Under the pieces are notes generated by a model. It did no database searches. It was given only the letters and a program-made list of their open reading frames with translations, and was not told the DNA's origin. Below are positions 12,967-24,959 of a stretch of DNA of 64,000 nucleotides, one piece after another (position 1 is the first letter of the stretch; every line of letters starts with the position of its first letter). The stretch spans positions 15,564,001 to 15,628,000 of the forward strand of contig NC_058383.1 in NCBI RefSeq assembly GCF_018350175.1, given 5' to 3'. A program made the translations under genes and the position numbers. This stretch comes from Felis catus. Lineage: Eukaryota.

Positions 12967-14215
12967 CTACAAAGAGGGAAAGACAGTAAAAATCCCAAGA
13001 ATAGACTGCAGCCATTTGTCTTGTCATGTCCTTCAGTTAAGGGGAAATATGGGACACCACTGACTAATGAGGCCATTGTAGGCCCAAGCATATCGCTGCT
13101 GAACATATTAGGGGCTGAGCTGAAGTAACTAGAATCCTTAAATGAGGCTTCTCTTCGGCACTTATCACAAGGAAAGCAGAAGACAACTTTACTGGTTGAA
13201 ATGAGATTATACTGAGGCTGAAGAGATATTTGAGGATAAAGATCTGAGAAGAATCTGCTACTTCCTCTCTCTTCACTGTCCATCACCCTTAATGTCCACT
13301 TAGGCTCTGCCTTCAACTTATGAGACTGAGTAAGAGGTCAACAAGTGTGTGTCGCCCTAGTCTGAATCACTGAATTTCCTGGTCACACCCTAGCTTCCCA
13401 GCAGAGACTCTGCTGCTGACCCTCACCGGTTGTCTGACAAATGCTCTCACCCTGCATGTCAGTCCAAAGCCCATCTAGCTCCTTCTGGCTCCATCTGTCA
13501 CCTTCCCAATACCAAGTCCTCACTTCTGGGGTGACGCTACCAAGAACAGATCTACCAATTACCAGCCCACTGTCTGGGAACACCGTTTGGGTTCCTAGCC
13601 CCCCTCCTCCAGAAACACCTGTGCACAACCAATCTCAGACCTATTCCCACATTTAGATGGCCTATTTCCTAAGTGTTTCACTGCCACCAGAATAGAGCCC
13701 TGGGGGAATAGAGCCCACTCTACTGCCCACGGAAGATTAAGCACTTTGGGAAGTGTTATCAACCCAGTGCTAGGGGGAGGATGTGATTGGAGGAACAGCT
13801 AAATAAGGAGCACCACTGGTTGGGGGGGGGGGGGGGTAATGACACCTTAATATGGGTATGTCCAGCTTAACTTCCTGCCTCACAAGACAGGACAAAGCAA
13901 TGAGAAGTAATGAAATTTCCACCTGTTCCTTGGAAGTTTTGGAGATTTTGAAACAATCTCAAACACCGGATCTGCTTCTCATCTAAAGCTGCTGGAGTCA
14001 GAAGGATAAGCAAGAAGGTGATTTCAGGCCTTTCCTCCTAGCAATTTACCATATTCCTGGTCTTTCTACACCACAAAGAAGCTCAGTGCTAAGGATGGCA
14101 GGTCCCTTTGCTGTTATTTGTTCTCAAGGTTTGAAATGCAAGTGCTCTGTTCTCCCACAACGTGTTCTTCCCATGGTAGGTAGTAAACACAAGACAAAGC
14201 AAAACAACCAACTAC

Positions 14216-14348
14216 CGGATCCTCTTTTGAATAGCGAGATCTTTCTTCTCATCATCGGTAGTTTCTGGACAGAACACATACTTATAGAGACGAGTCATGA
14301 TGTACTTTTCGATCTGATCCATTATCTTCTCAACTTTTTCCGGAGGCA
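14216..14348 (-). CDS. RABGEF1: RABGEF1 exon 6; not in the ORF track
   Basis: Acceptor atttcag|TG and donor CG|GTAGTT. 133 nt, VPPEKVEKIMDQIEKYIMTRLYKYVFCPETTDDEKKDLAIQKRIR. Confidence 0.97.
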
Positions 14349-14515
14349 CTGAAATATCCAAATGGACATAAAAGCTCAAGAGAGGGATGGACAGTTTAAA
14401 TTAAGAATATGTTTTCATAGTTTTTCTGACATAGCAGAAAACTAATTTACTAGTTAATACATTAAATATACCCAGAAACAAAAGTACAAGATGTTACATT
14501 AAAAAATATCCTTTA

Positions 14516-14745
14516 GGGGCGCCTGGGTGCCTCAGTCGGTTAAGTGTCTGACTTTAGCTCAGGTCATGATCTCACAGTTTGTGAGTACGAGCCCCACGTC
14601 AGGCGCTGTGCTGACGGCACAGAGCCTGGAGCCTGCTTCAGATTCTGTGTGTCTGTCTCTTTGCCCCTCCCCCACTCATGCTCTGTCTCTCTCTCTCTCT
14701 CAAGAATAAATAAATATTTAAAAAAATCTTTTTAAATAAAAAAAT
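14516..14745 (+). mobile_element. Can-SINE
   Basis: Head, CT tract and tail. TSD aaaaaatatccttta/aaaaaatacccttta. Confidence 0.9.
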
Positions 14746-15258
14746 AAAAAATACCCTTTAAAACCTTAACCTCAATTTTTGGGACTGCCTCTCACACAAC
14801 TGCCAGTTCTAACCTAAGCTGCTTGGCGGGACCTAATAGGTTGCATGCCTTGCCAAGTGGGAAGACCTCAGCATGGCTCCCACCCTATTGCTACATTAGA
14901 AAAGCACTTGAAACTCCAAAAACAGAACGACAGCAACCCACTCTTCCATTTTTTCTGAGGTTTACTATAAAACCTTGGAGATTTGGAGGTGTACAGGTGG
15001 GGCTTATTTCTCATTTATACATGTATGCTAAGTATATCCTAAAACCCAACATCAATGGAAGTCAAATTCAAGAAAATCTTGAAAACCCTACAGCTCTAAG
15101 TCCCTGATTCTCAATTTTTATTCCACCCCCACCCATCTGAGGAGTACATAATCATGAAAAATGACTCACCATAATGGTGATTCCAAGATGGGGGTTTCAT
15201 TTAGAAGCCTCCTAAATGGGTTTTAATCGACTCTGCCCCTACCCCTAGTGGAATTATT

Positions 15259-15485
15259 TTTTATTTTTTTAATTTTTTTTTTCAACGTTTATTTATTTTG
15301 GGGACAGAGAGAGACAGAGCATGAACGGGGGAGGGGCAGAGAGAGAGGGAGACACAGAACCGGAAACAGGCTCCAGGCTCTGAGCCATCAGCCCAGAGCC
15401 TGACGCGGGGCTCGAACTCTCCGACCGCGAGATCGTGACCTGGCTGAAGTCGGACGCTTAACCGACTGCGCCACCCAGGCGCCCC
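15259..15485 (-). mobile_element. Young felid SINEC_Fc-type SINE
   Basis: Diagnostic GGCGCAGTCGG/TTCAGCCAGGTCACG head; TSD ctagtggaattatt. Confidence 0.92.
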
Positions 15486-15739
15486 CCTAGTGGAATTATT
15501 AAACAGTGTTCAATAAATTACCCAACTGCTGTGATTACTTTGGAATGATACACATGGTGGTATTGAAAGGCACTCTAAGGACAAGACCAGCTACCAGGAT
15601 GTCAGTAGAGTCATCTATAGGACAGAATTGGCAAACCAGCCAGGCCATCAGAGAAACAGAGAAAGTTCTAAAAGACTCAAAGGTTAGACTCTGTACAACT
15701 GACCAGCAATCCCTTAATGGCTGGCTACCAAAGTATTAC

Positions 15740-15821
15740 CTTTTCCACGAGTCTGCATTCTTTCAGTCACATTCTGGTAAAAATCCTGAGTAAACTCTGA
15801 CTGTTCCTCAATGCTTAAATC
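15740..15821 (-). CDS. RABGEF1: RABGEF1 exon 5 (helical bundle)
   Basis: Acceptor ttttttcag|GAT and donor G|GTAATA. 82 nt, DLSIEEQSEFTQDFYQNVTERMQTRGK. Confidence 0.97.
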
Positions 15822-16512
15822 CTGAAAAAAAGGGACAAAGAGGTTGCTTGGTAGCTGAAGAAAGATCACGCATAAAGCTCTAAATTTTATAAAGTTTCCA
15901 AAATCCACTCCTTAATTGGTGCTAATCTCAAAAGTACCTACCAGTTATATAACCCTGTAGAAAAGAAAAGTCTGTCCTGTAATGTTATTTACAACACCCC
16001 ATGACCTCTTATTTCTTTTGATGTATATATGTATTCCTACATGGGTATAATGCATATTTTGATAATTTACACACTTATGTGCATTTCTATTTATCTGATC
16101 TACTTAATCATTTTTGGTGGCTTTCTCACATCCCATTATATTAAATGATGTATTTAACCAGTCTCTACCACTGTGCATTTGGGTTCCTCTCTTTTTTTTT
16201 CACTATTATGTACAATTGTGTGGACTGTTTCTCTTGGGTCATTTCTTTGTGATACATTTTCAAGAGTAACATTAACAGTTCAATAAATATGAACAACTTT
16301 GTATCTGTAAGTATCTACTGCTAGATTGCAATCCTCAGAAACTCCCAATGCAGAGTCATTAGCCATGTATGTGTATTTATTTCTCCAGGGCCCCTACAAT
16401 AATGGTCTTCGTAATTTTTATTTGGGTTTACTCATTATGTGGTATAATATGTATACTTATTCCCTACTTTCTTTTCAAGAATAAAGTCTACATAAAATAT
16501 AAACACAGTTCA

Positions 16513-16940
16513 GGGAGCCCAGGTGGCTCATGAGTTCATGAGTTCAAGCCCTGCATCGGGCTCTGTACTGACAGCTCAGAGCCTGGAGCCTGCTTCGGGT
16601 TCTGTGTCTCCCTCTCTCTGCCCCTCCCCTGCTCGAACTCTGTGTGTCCCTCTCTCTCTCAAAAAGAAATAAACATTAAAAAATATAAACACAGTTTAGC
16701 ACAGTTAACTAGAAGATGATAGGGATGCTTGGGTGGCTCAGTTGGTTAAGGGTCCAACTTTGACTCAGGTCATGATCTCATAGTTCATGGGTTCGAGTCC
16801 TGTGTCGGCTCTGCTTACAGCTCAGAGCCTGGAGCCTGCTTAGGATTCTGTGTCTCCCTCTCTCTCTGCCCTTACCCCTCTTGCACTCTGTCTTTCTCTC
16901 TTTCTCTCTCTCTCTCAAAATAAATAAATAAACACTTAAA
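16513..16940 (+). mobile_element. Two tandem Can-SINEs (~16513-16682, ~16721-16940)
   Basis: Heads and tails; TSDs aaaatataaaacacagtt and aactagaagatgatagg. Confidence 0.88.
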
Positions 16941-18619
16941 AACAACTAGAAGATGATAGGAAGAAACACAAAACATGGAGAGAAACAGAATACAGAGGCA
17001 GGAACAACAGAAAAATGTAGTCCTTAAAGATAGAGAAATTAGTCCAGTCAGTCCAGTTTAGTCTCTAACTAAACTTTCTAGCAATCATCACCAAGACAAA
17101 AATAGTCACATAATTGGGTGTTCAAAATATAAATGCAAATGAACCCTTCAGGTGAAATTCTGACACCAAACCCAGAAATTTCTCTCAAGGGTTCTCCTAA
17201 AGACTCACTGTAGAAGGGCATGATCATGGCCCAGGACAAATTCCACAGGACCGTTTTTCACAGCCTGCCTCTATGCAGGCCAATGACAGCATGCAGGCAA
17301 GGGCCCATAAGGCCTTGGTGAAAGCATGCAGACCCGGTCACTCTGGCTTAAATCCCGAAAGACGCTTTAGGGTCCAGATCGTGTCGTTCTGCCTTTTACA
17401 ATGTCCCTCCCACGTATCCTTTCCTGGTTTGGGTCTCAGCAACCCTCCCCTCGAGTATAGCTGCTCTCCCCAACTTTGACGTTTCTCACTTTTCAATCTA
17501 TCCTGCACCCCACAGTCCAACTGATCATCTGAGATTCAGATCTGAGCACAGAATGAGATTAATCAGCGTCATACTTCCAATGGTTGTCCATCAGATGAAT
17601 GCTGAAGCCTGCACTCAGAATCACCACCCCTTCCTCCTTCCCGCTTACCCTGCCAGGTTACCCAATTGTTCTGAGGTCTGCTTTTGGCTATTCCACCTCT
17701 CCAACACTATAAAGTTACTCTCTGTCTGCATTACTTTGATTCCTCTCCAGTCTTCCAACAGCTGTCCGAGGAAGGCTCTGTTCATACCTTACTTCTAAGA
17801 GCAGTCTTTCATTCCCTTCGTCCAAACAGCCTTGTGGGCCTCACAGCACTCACAGTGCACCTGCTGCTTTCTTAACTAGGTATTTACAGAAAAGTCCTTC
17901 GGTTGAATTAAAATCGATCCTTCGTCTAAGCTAGAACTTGGTACTAAGTAAACTTTAGACGTTTTGAAATGTTGCTTTCATTTGTATTTACCACAATTTT
18001 CCAGTGCTGCCTTCCATTCTACCTTTTATTTTACGTTACACAGCTTTTAAAAAGTTAATACCACTAAACCTTCTACCTGATCCTTAAGAACAATATTTAA
18101 GAGTTCAATTGCAGCTTGAAAACTGTTTTAAATTTCTCCACAGAAATAAGTATCTCTCCAGCACAAATAAATATCCTAATCGACTTCACTAATTTACTTC
18201 TAAGTTTTTTCATATTTAACTCTTATTTGGCCGAAATGTAAGGTGCAAGTATGAAATATGGACCATAAGTAATCTATATATAAACTTCCCTTTGTCAGTA
18301 GCAGGTAGTAAGTAAAAAGCAACACTGCTCCCTCTGTTCCCCCAGTTGCTCCTGAGAAACCGAATTTATTTCTGGAATCCCTGGTTTATTTCACTGTCCT
18401 ATATTTTAATTTTTTAATTAAAATCTCACCTAGTTGTGATGTCTTTCATTTTAGGATATATTTTGAAGTCTGCTAGATTTAGAAACCTCTCCTACCAAAT
18501 TCTTGTTCCCAAACCCACCACACAAAAAGATTATATATTTGCTTTTTTTTTCTAGAATAAATATAACATTGTAATTTAAATTTTTCTTACCTAGATCCAA
18601 GATACTATCTTTAGTCTTT

Positions 18620-19390
18620 TATTTTTTAAATGTTTGTTTACTTTGTGAGAGAGAGACAGACAGAGAGAGAGAGAGAGAGAGAGAGAGGGAAAGAGGGAGG
18701 GAGAGAGAATCTCAAGCAGGCTTAGCATTATCGGTGCAGAGCCTGACATGGGACTTGACCTTACGACCATGAGATAATGACCTGAGCTGAAATCTAGAGT
18801 TGGACACTTAACTGACTGAGCCATCCAGGCGCCCTAACAATCCTTAGTCTTTTATTTAAAAAAAAAAAAAATTTTTTTTTTAAATGTTTTTATTTATTTT
18901 TGAGACAGAGAGAGGCAGAGCATGAGCAGGGGAGGGGCAGAGAGAGAGGGAGACACAGAATCTGAAGCAGGCTCCAGGCTCTGCGCTGTCAGCACAGAGC
19001 CCGTCGCGGGGCTCGAACTCACGGACTGTGAGATCATGACCTGAGCCGAAGCCGGACGCTTAACCGATTGAGCCACTCAGGCGCCCCTAATCCTTAGTCT
19101 TTTAAATCTTTGTATGAACTAACTTGCCTTATTAGACTTTTACTAATATTTAATGCTATTTATCGCTATTATATTTAAAAATTACTATTTTTTAAAGGTT
19201 TATTTTTGAGAGAGAGACACAGCGTGAGCAGGGGAAGGGCAGAGAGAGAGGGAAACACAGAATTTGAAGCAGGCTCCAGGCTCTAAGCTGTCAGCACAGA
19301 GCCCGACGCAGGGCTTGAACCCAAGAACTGTGAGATCATGATCTGAGCTGAAATCGGACGCTCAACTGACTGAGCCACTCAGGCGCCCCC
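18620..19390 (-). mobile_element. Three Can-SINEs (~18620-18834, ~18871-19086, ~19188-19390)
   Basis: Reverse-strand heads ...ccacycaggcgcccc. The shared target motif at(c/t)cttagtctttt recurs near 18608, 18840 and 19090. Confidence 0.9.
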
Positions 19391-20727
19391 CAAATTACTA
19401 TTTTTTAATACTGTGCTAGGTTCTTTAGCTTTTTATCACCAGTGTGTCATACTGTAACTGAACTTTATGAATTTATCTTGTTATGCCAATAAATTGACAC
19501 CTCTATTAGTACACTTAGATTTTCCTGAGAAGATCATTTTTCCTAAATTTCATGGAAATTTTATTTCTATTCACTCAAAAAGCACTTGCTGCATGATCAG
19601 AATTGCTAGCCACCGTACCAGACAAGGTATTAAAAACAAAATTAATAAAATGCCCAGAAGGCATTCAATTTGAATGGGAAGATTGAACGCAAATAAGTAA
19701 TTATAATATTCTATGGGAATTAAAAACCAGAAGGACAAAAAGTGCCATGGGCCACATGATAAATCCTTCACTTCTCCTTTTTATTGCATCTACCTTCAAC
19801 AATTCTCTCTAAATAGGTATGGGTATACTGTAGCAGTAAGCATTCTTATTTCATACTAATATCTATGTGATATAGGAACGACGTTTCTAGTAAAGTTCAA
19901 CGAGACAGGATGTCTCCATGCTCTGGGGTCTGAACTTGAGCAGATCACATCTACTGTGTGAGAAAAGTCCTGATTCTACCCACCTCCTCCTGCTGCTGGA
20001 GGATGGGACTCTATCAGAGCATGCTCAGTTTGTCCAATACGTGGCTTTGCTTTCCATACTGCTGCTTCCCAACGAGACTTCAATTTTTTGCTTCCTATCT
20101 AGCCCTTGTCTATGAATTGATCAATGAAATTTATATTGTAAATTCTCTAAGCTTCATCCCTGCACTAAAGTAGATAACCAGACAAATAGATCCATGGACT
20201 GAGCAATTTTAAGTCCACTGGTAATACTTCTTCAGAAAACTAGTTTTAATACTATGCCTGGACTTTCATGTGGGTAATTATAAGCAGCAGCTACATGAAG
20301 AATGTGTCCATAAGAACATGTTTGTAAATTCTAAATACCATCAAATTAGTCCCTTCTTCTCCTATTCTTAGTTTAAATCATTTTGTAAATCTTTTCAAAT
20401 CCTTTCATAAACAGACTATGTTTAAATTAACAAAAGGACTATCATTATGGAGTTTGTGAGATGAAACTTTTTTATTATGAAGACTATTAATCTAATTTTA
20501 TTTTTATAATATGGGGGCTTCACTTAACATCTTAACAAGTAATATTTTAATTTTCCTTTAGCATGCTACAATTTTACTTGTTATTCTTTCAGTGTATGCA
20601 CTTTCTGCAATAGATTATTCTTTTTTTATCTCCTAGGTGCCTCAGACATGGTTACCTTTCATTTGCACCATATCTCAATACTTAGAACAAACCACAGTAC
20701 ATTGATTCTTATGATTACTAGTACTCA

Positions 20728-20938
20728 CTTTTTAAAAAAATATTTATTTTGAGGGAGCCAGAGAGAGCGTGCGCTAGTAAGCAGGGGAGGGGCAGAGAGA
20801 GGGAGAGAGAATCCCAAGCAGGTTCCTTATTGTCAGCACAGAGCCCGACGCAGGGCTCGATCTCATGAACTGTGAGATCATGACCTAAGCCGAAATCAAG
20901 AGCCAGATGCTGAACTGACTGAGCCACCCAGGTGCCCC
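20728..20938 (-). mobile_element. Can-SINE
   Basis: Reverse head; TSD gtactcactt. Confidence 0.88.
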
Positions 20939-21434
20939 AGTGGTACTCACTTCTAAGTAAAAACACTGTGACCTCCTTTTAAAGGCCTAAATGGCCTGTT
21001 TTGCTAGTGGCAATGAGTCACCTATTCCTCCCCCGGTTCCAACAATCACTGCAATTCTATGTTACTATTCAGAAAATTTCTTTTTATATTTCTATCACAC
21101 AGACTTACACTACATTAGACTGTTTATTTTACAATTTACAATAACTCCCCTGCTACTCTGTCCTCTTATCTTGTTTCAGATTCTTTGTAGGACTTACCAC
21201 TATGTTATATTACAAATCTGTTGATTATTTTCGCCACTAAAATGTGAGCTCCGTGAGGGGACTGTTGACCACCATATCCTCAGTTCCTAAACAGAGCCAG
21301 GCATAGGGCTATTGCTCAATTAGTTGAATGAAAGAAGAAATAAATGTGACCATTTATCATTGCCCCTCTCTTTGTAATACTGTAAAAACACTCGGAGACA
21401 ATTCTACATAGATTTCTTCTATTTCTACAGATCT

Positions 21435-21866
21435 TGTGAGGAGAGTCACTGATTGCCTTTGTTCTGCACTATCTTTTCAAGGATAGCTAAATAGCAAATA
21501 GCCTTGGAAGACAGAGATAGCACCTCCCTCAAGTAAAAGGGTAGACTGTTTATTGTCCAGTATAATAAAGATAACATTTCCATCTGAGGCAAAGGTCAGA
21601 CACGTTTAAAACATCCTCTTATCTAACATTACTCACTGCAAGCACAGACATTACCTGGTCTTTGCATTACCCTGTGGGAACTGACACTCAGGGAATTGGT
21701 GCAAAGGCTAATATACTCTAGATATGGCTACTGCTGTGAGTAATAAACTGGCCTTCTTTTCTGACCCAGGGGACTCATGGCTTCTGCCAGTATCCATGGA
21801 ATGATGGCAGGCTAATTTGTTAACTTGAGAGTAGGGAAAATCTCAGATTCTTCACAGTTCTTCTCA
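21435..21866 (+). mobile_element. Solo LTR, ERVL class (MER76/MER77-like; subfamily uncertain)
   Basis: TG...CA termini, gccttggaagacagagatag, tataataaagataac, and a 3' aataaactgg..tctgacccagg..ctcatggcttctgccag motif. Confidence 0.6.
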
Positions 21867-22633
21867 AAGGAGCTAAGCAGGTTTGTGCTGGTAAATTTTT
21901 AGGTTCTACAAAATTCCAAAATGTTTTTTCAGTTTTCTAAGAAAAATTACAGTCTATCAAAGTCTACTTTTCCTATTTTCAAACCATTGACTGGGATCAA
22001 CTTTTCTATAATGTCTGTGTGTAAAGTCATTTTATTTTTTTCCTAAAAAATTTTCCTGTTTTGTTTGAAGGTTTGACAAGTGGGTGTATTCTTTTGACTA
22101 GTAATACTGAGAGGTATTCTGTATACCTTCTTAATTGTCTGGTTGAAATCTTTTTTTTTTTTCTTTCCACTCTGTTTTGAAAATCTTTGCCTATTTCCTT
22201 AATTATGTTTTCTATGTAGTTCACCTGGCACATCTCATCATTAGAATTTAGAATTCCATAATCTGTTTTCTGGGTTAAGTTTCTTTTGTACAGCAGTTAA
22301 CTGTTTAATTTATTTAGGTTTTAGCTTCGATGTCCATATTTTTTGTACTGCCAGTTTCTGTTGCCTTCAATAATTTTTTTAGGAAAATAAACACATTGGT
22401 GCTTCAATCCTCTTAAATAAAAATTTAAAATTAAACATTAACATTTAAAGTAGACCAAGCATGTGGTTCTCATAGTTTGAGATAGTCCATCTTACTAGGG
22501 AATATACCCTGAGGTCATTAGTAGCTAGTTGAACACAGATTTAAACATTTCTACATTTAGATGAACAAAACAGAGCAAAAGTAATTGTTTTTTGTCAAAT
22601 TCAATTACTGCCAAAATAAAGATGGTGAGAATT

Positions 22634-22850
22634 GGGGTGCCTGGGTGGCTCATTAGGTTAAGCGTCCGACTGTGGCTCAGGTCATGATCTCACGGTCTGT
22701 GAGTTCGAGCCCCGCGTTGGGCTCTGTGCTGACAGCTCAGAGCCTGGAGCCTGTTTCAGATTCTGTGTCTCCCTCTCTCTCTGACCTTCCCCCATTCATG
22801 CTCTGTCTCTGTCTCAAAAATAAATAAACGTTAAAAAAACTTTTAAAAAA
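22634..22850 (+). mobile_element. Can-SINE
   Basis: TSD aaagatggtgagaattg. Confidence 0.92.
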
Positions 22851-22989
22851 AAAGATGGTGAGAATTGTTAAGGTACATTATGTTCATTTCACATCTCTAA
22901 GGTAAAGCCAGTAGTTGATCATTTTTAGCACCTGGTTAGTTAGTAATTACAAATGAGCTCACATATGTTCTTCACAAAGGTCAGCGTTA

Positions 22990-24045
22990 AATTTTTTTAG
23001 CAAGAAAAATGCTTATACTCTTGCCTTTCATTTACACAGTGAGATGTGAAAGAACCACAGTGCAGCAAGGCACGGCCAAGTAACCCCACAGGATTCTAGA
23101 AGACACTGTATTCATTTAAGATACTCTGATGTCACCAGAATTTGAGCAAACATAGCATCACTCATGATACTCTAGAGGACTAGCAGTGTCCAAGTGGCTT
23201 CTTCTCTAAGTATGTGAAACTACGCAACATGGAATCCTAAAAATCAGTGAACAGACTCCTGAATTAGAGTTCATTAATTTAATTGTGTGCTTAGCCACTT
23301 GGGTTTTTCCAACAAAGTTTGGGGAAAGGTCAAAACTACTCATGGGTGAGAAAAGACGAATCAGCCTTTCAAGAGTTACAGCAGCTAGTCAGAGGCAGCT
23401 AAGCTCCTTTCACCATGCCCACCAAGGTAGGTCCTGGTGTGGGCCATCAGCTTGTACCTCACCTTGTTAACTAGCACTGCTGTGCCCAGCTCTTTCCCCT
23501 CAACAAGAATGCAGAACAAAGCCTCACATCTGTAGGGTCAAACTTGGCTCAGTTTGAACCACAACTGGTTTAATTTGAGTAAGCCGTGATTTTTGAACAC
23601 CTTCTGGATGTGGATTTCTGTCATTATGGGGCTCTTCTATAGGTTTTATAGGGTTATCATCTTTAATTTTTTTCTCTTGGAACACACATTGTGTTGCTTT
23701 CTCTAAAATGCCTACAACCTCTAGCAAGTCCTCGCAGAATTCCTAAATACCATATAATTATGCCTCCTCCACCACTTTTGGCTCCTTGGCAAAAAGTTCT
23801 CTGTATCTGCCAAATCTTGCTTTTATTCTTCCGTACACGCTTTTAGTTGCTCTTCTAATGACTCTCTCTTCCATGACTATCCTCTCTGTAGAGGAAATAC
23901 CTCTCTTCCGTTCCATTTTGACCCGTGTCCTCTTCTACTCTGGGCAGTGTTCTTTTGTTTTGCAGCTGTGCACAACAGGAGAGGGCCTGAGAGACGATGC
24001 CAAAGCTGGGAGCCAGCCTCACCCACTGAGCCATCACGGTTCCCC
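22990..24045 (-). pseudogene. GRPEL1 processed pseudogene (mitochondrial GrpE homolog retrocopy) in RABGEF1 intron 4
   Basis: Intronless, frameshifted match to GRPEL1 from start to stop: MAQWVRLA.., LCTAAKQKN, LADTENF, VEEA*LYGI*EFCEDLLEVVGILEKATQCVFQEKKIKDDNP, EALFCILVEGKELGTAVLVNKVRYKL, PTLVGMVKGA*. CDS remnant about 24037-23399, then about 400 nt of UTR-like sequence and an A-run near 22995. Confidence 0.92.
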
Positions 24046-24410
24046 TTAATAAGGTCTTAAGTTTTCTCGTACATATCGCTGTATTCTTCTATGATACATT
24101 CTTATTTTATTCACTCATCACTTTCAACATAATTATCAATTCAACCTTTTATCTATTTTCAGTTCTTACAACTTACAGATTCTATCAGCTCAGATGCTTT
24201 CCCACTGTCTTGTCACCTCACTTCTCATCTAACTTTAAAATTGAGTCCTGGGTTTCTCCCCTAGCCCGGCTCCCCAATTTTCTTATCATGATTAAAGCCT
24301 ATTTTGTTAATTAAAATTTCTTTGCCTTGGATACAAACCTCTGCTCTCCTAACAGTAAATACACAGCAGGTCAAACTACTCCTTGCACACACATATGGTT
24401 TAGAATAGTG

Positions 24411-24910
24411 AAATTATTTTTAAAAGTTTATTTATTTAGGGGCACCTGGGTGGCTCAGTCAGTTAAGTGTCCGACTTTGGCTCAGGTCATAATCTCATGG
24501 TTCATAGGATCGAGCCCCACATTGGGTTCTGTGCTCACAGCATGGAGCCCACTCCCTCTCCCCCTGCCTCTCTCTCTCTCTCAAAATAAATAAACGTTAG
24601 AAAAAGTTTATTTATAAAGTTTATTCATTTGTTTATAATGTTTATTTATTTATTTTGAGAGAGAGAGGCAGTGGGAGAGGGAGGGAGGGAGGGAGGGAGG
24701 GAGGGAGAGAAAGAGAGAGAGAGAAAGAGAGAGAAAGAGAATGTGTGTGGGGTAGGGGCAAAGAGAGAGAGGGAGAGAGAAAATGCCAAGCAGGCACTAT
24801 GCCGCCAGCACAGAGCCTGACATGGGGCTTGAATTCACAAACTACAAGATCATGACCTGAGCCAAAATCTAGAGTTGGATGCTTAACCAACTGAGCCACC
24901 CAGGCACCTC
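24411..24910. mobile_element. Nested Can-SINEs: a (+) copy at ~24439-24605 inserted in the tail of a (-) copy ending at 24910
   Basis: Outer TSD tagaatagtg at 24401 and 24911; inner TSD aaaagtttatttat. Confidence 0.85.
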
Positions 24911-24959
24911 TAGAATAGTGCAGTCATTTTAAGGTATAGGAGGACACCTAGCTTTCTAT

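Larger units (their letters stand above)
17900..22420 (-). mobile_element. Very old, fragmented L1 ORF2 remnant, interrupted by SINEs and an LTR
   Basis: Degenerate translations align in order with L1 ORF2. About 22.0-22.4 kb resembles the post-endonuclease region, about 20.1-20.3 kb the RT region, and about 18.0-18.5 kb gives LNLADFKIYPK...NKPGIPEINS, similar to ITLPDFKLYYK...NRTEPSEIN. Confidence 0.5.

Noticed and set aside
10442..13836. C13 run (10442-10454) and G15 run (13822-13836) as possible G-quadruplexes
   Set aside because: They are simple deep-intronic homopolymers with no sign of function.
3306..14352. Plus-strand ORFs overlapping exons (3306-3488, 7473-7664, 14086-14352)
   Set aside because: These are antisense shadows of RABGEF1 coding sequence.
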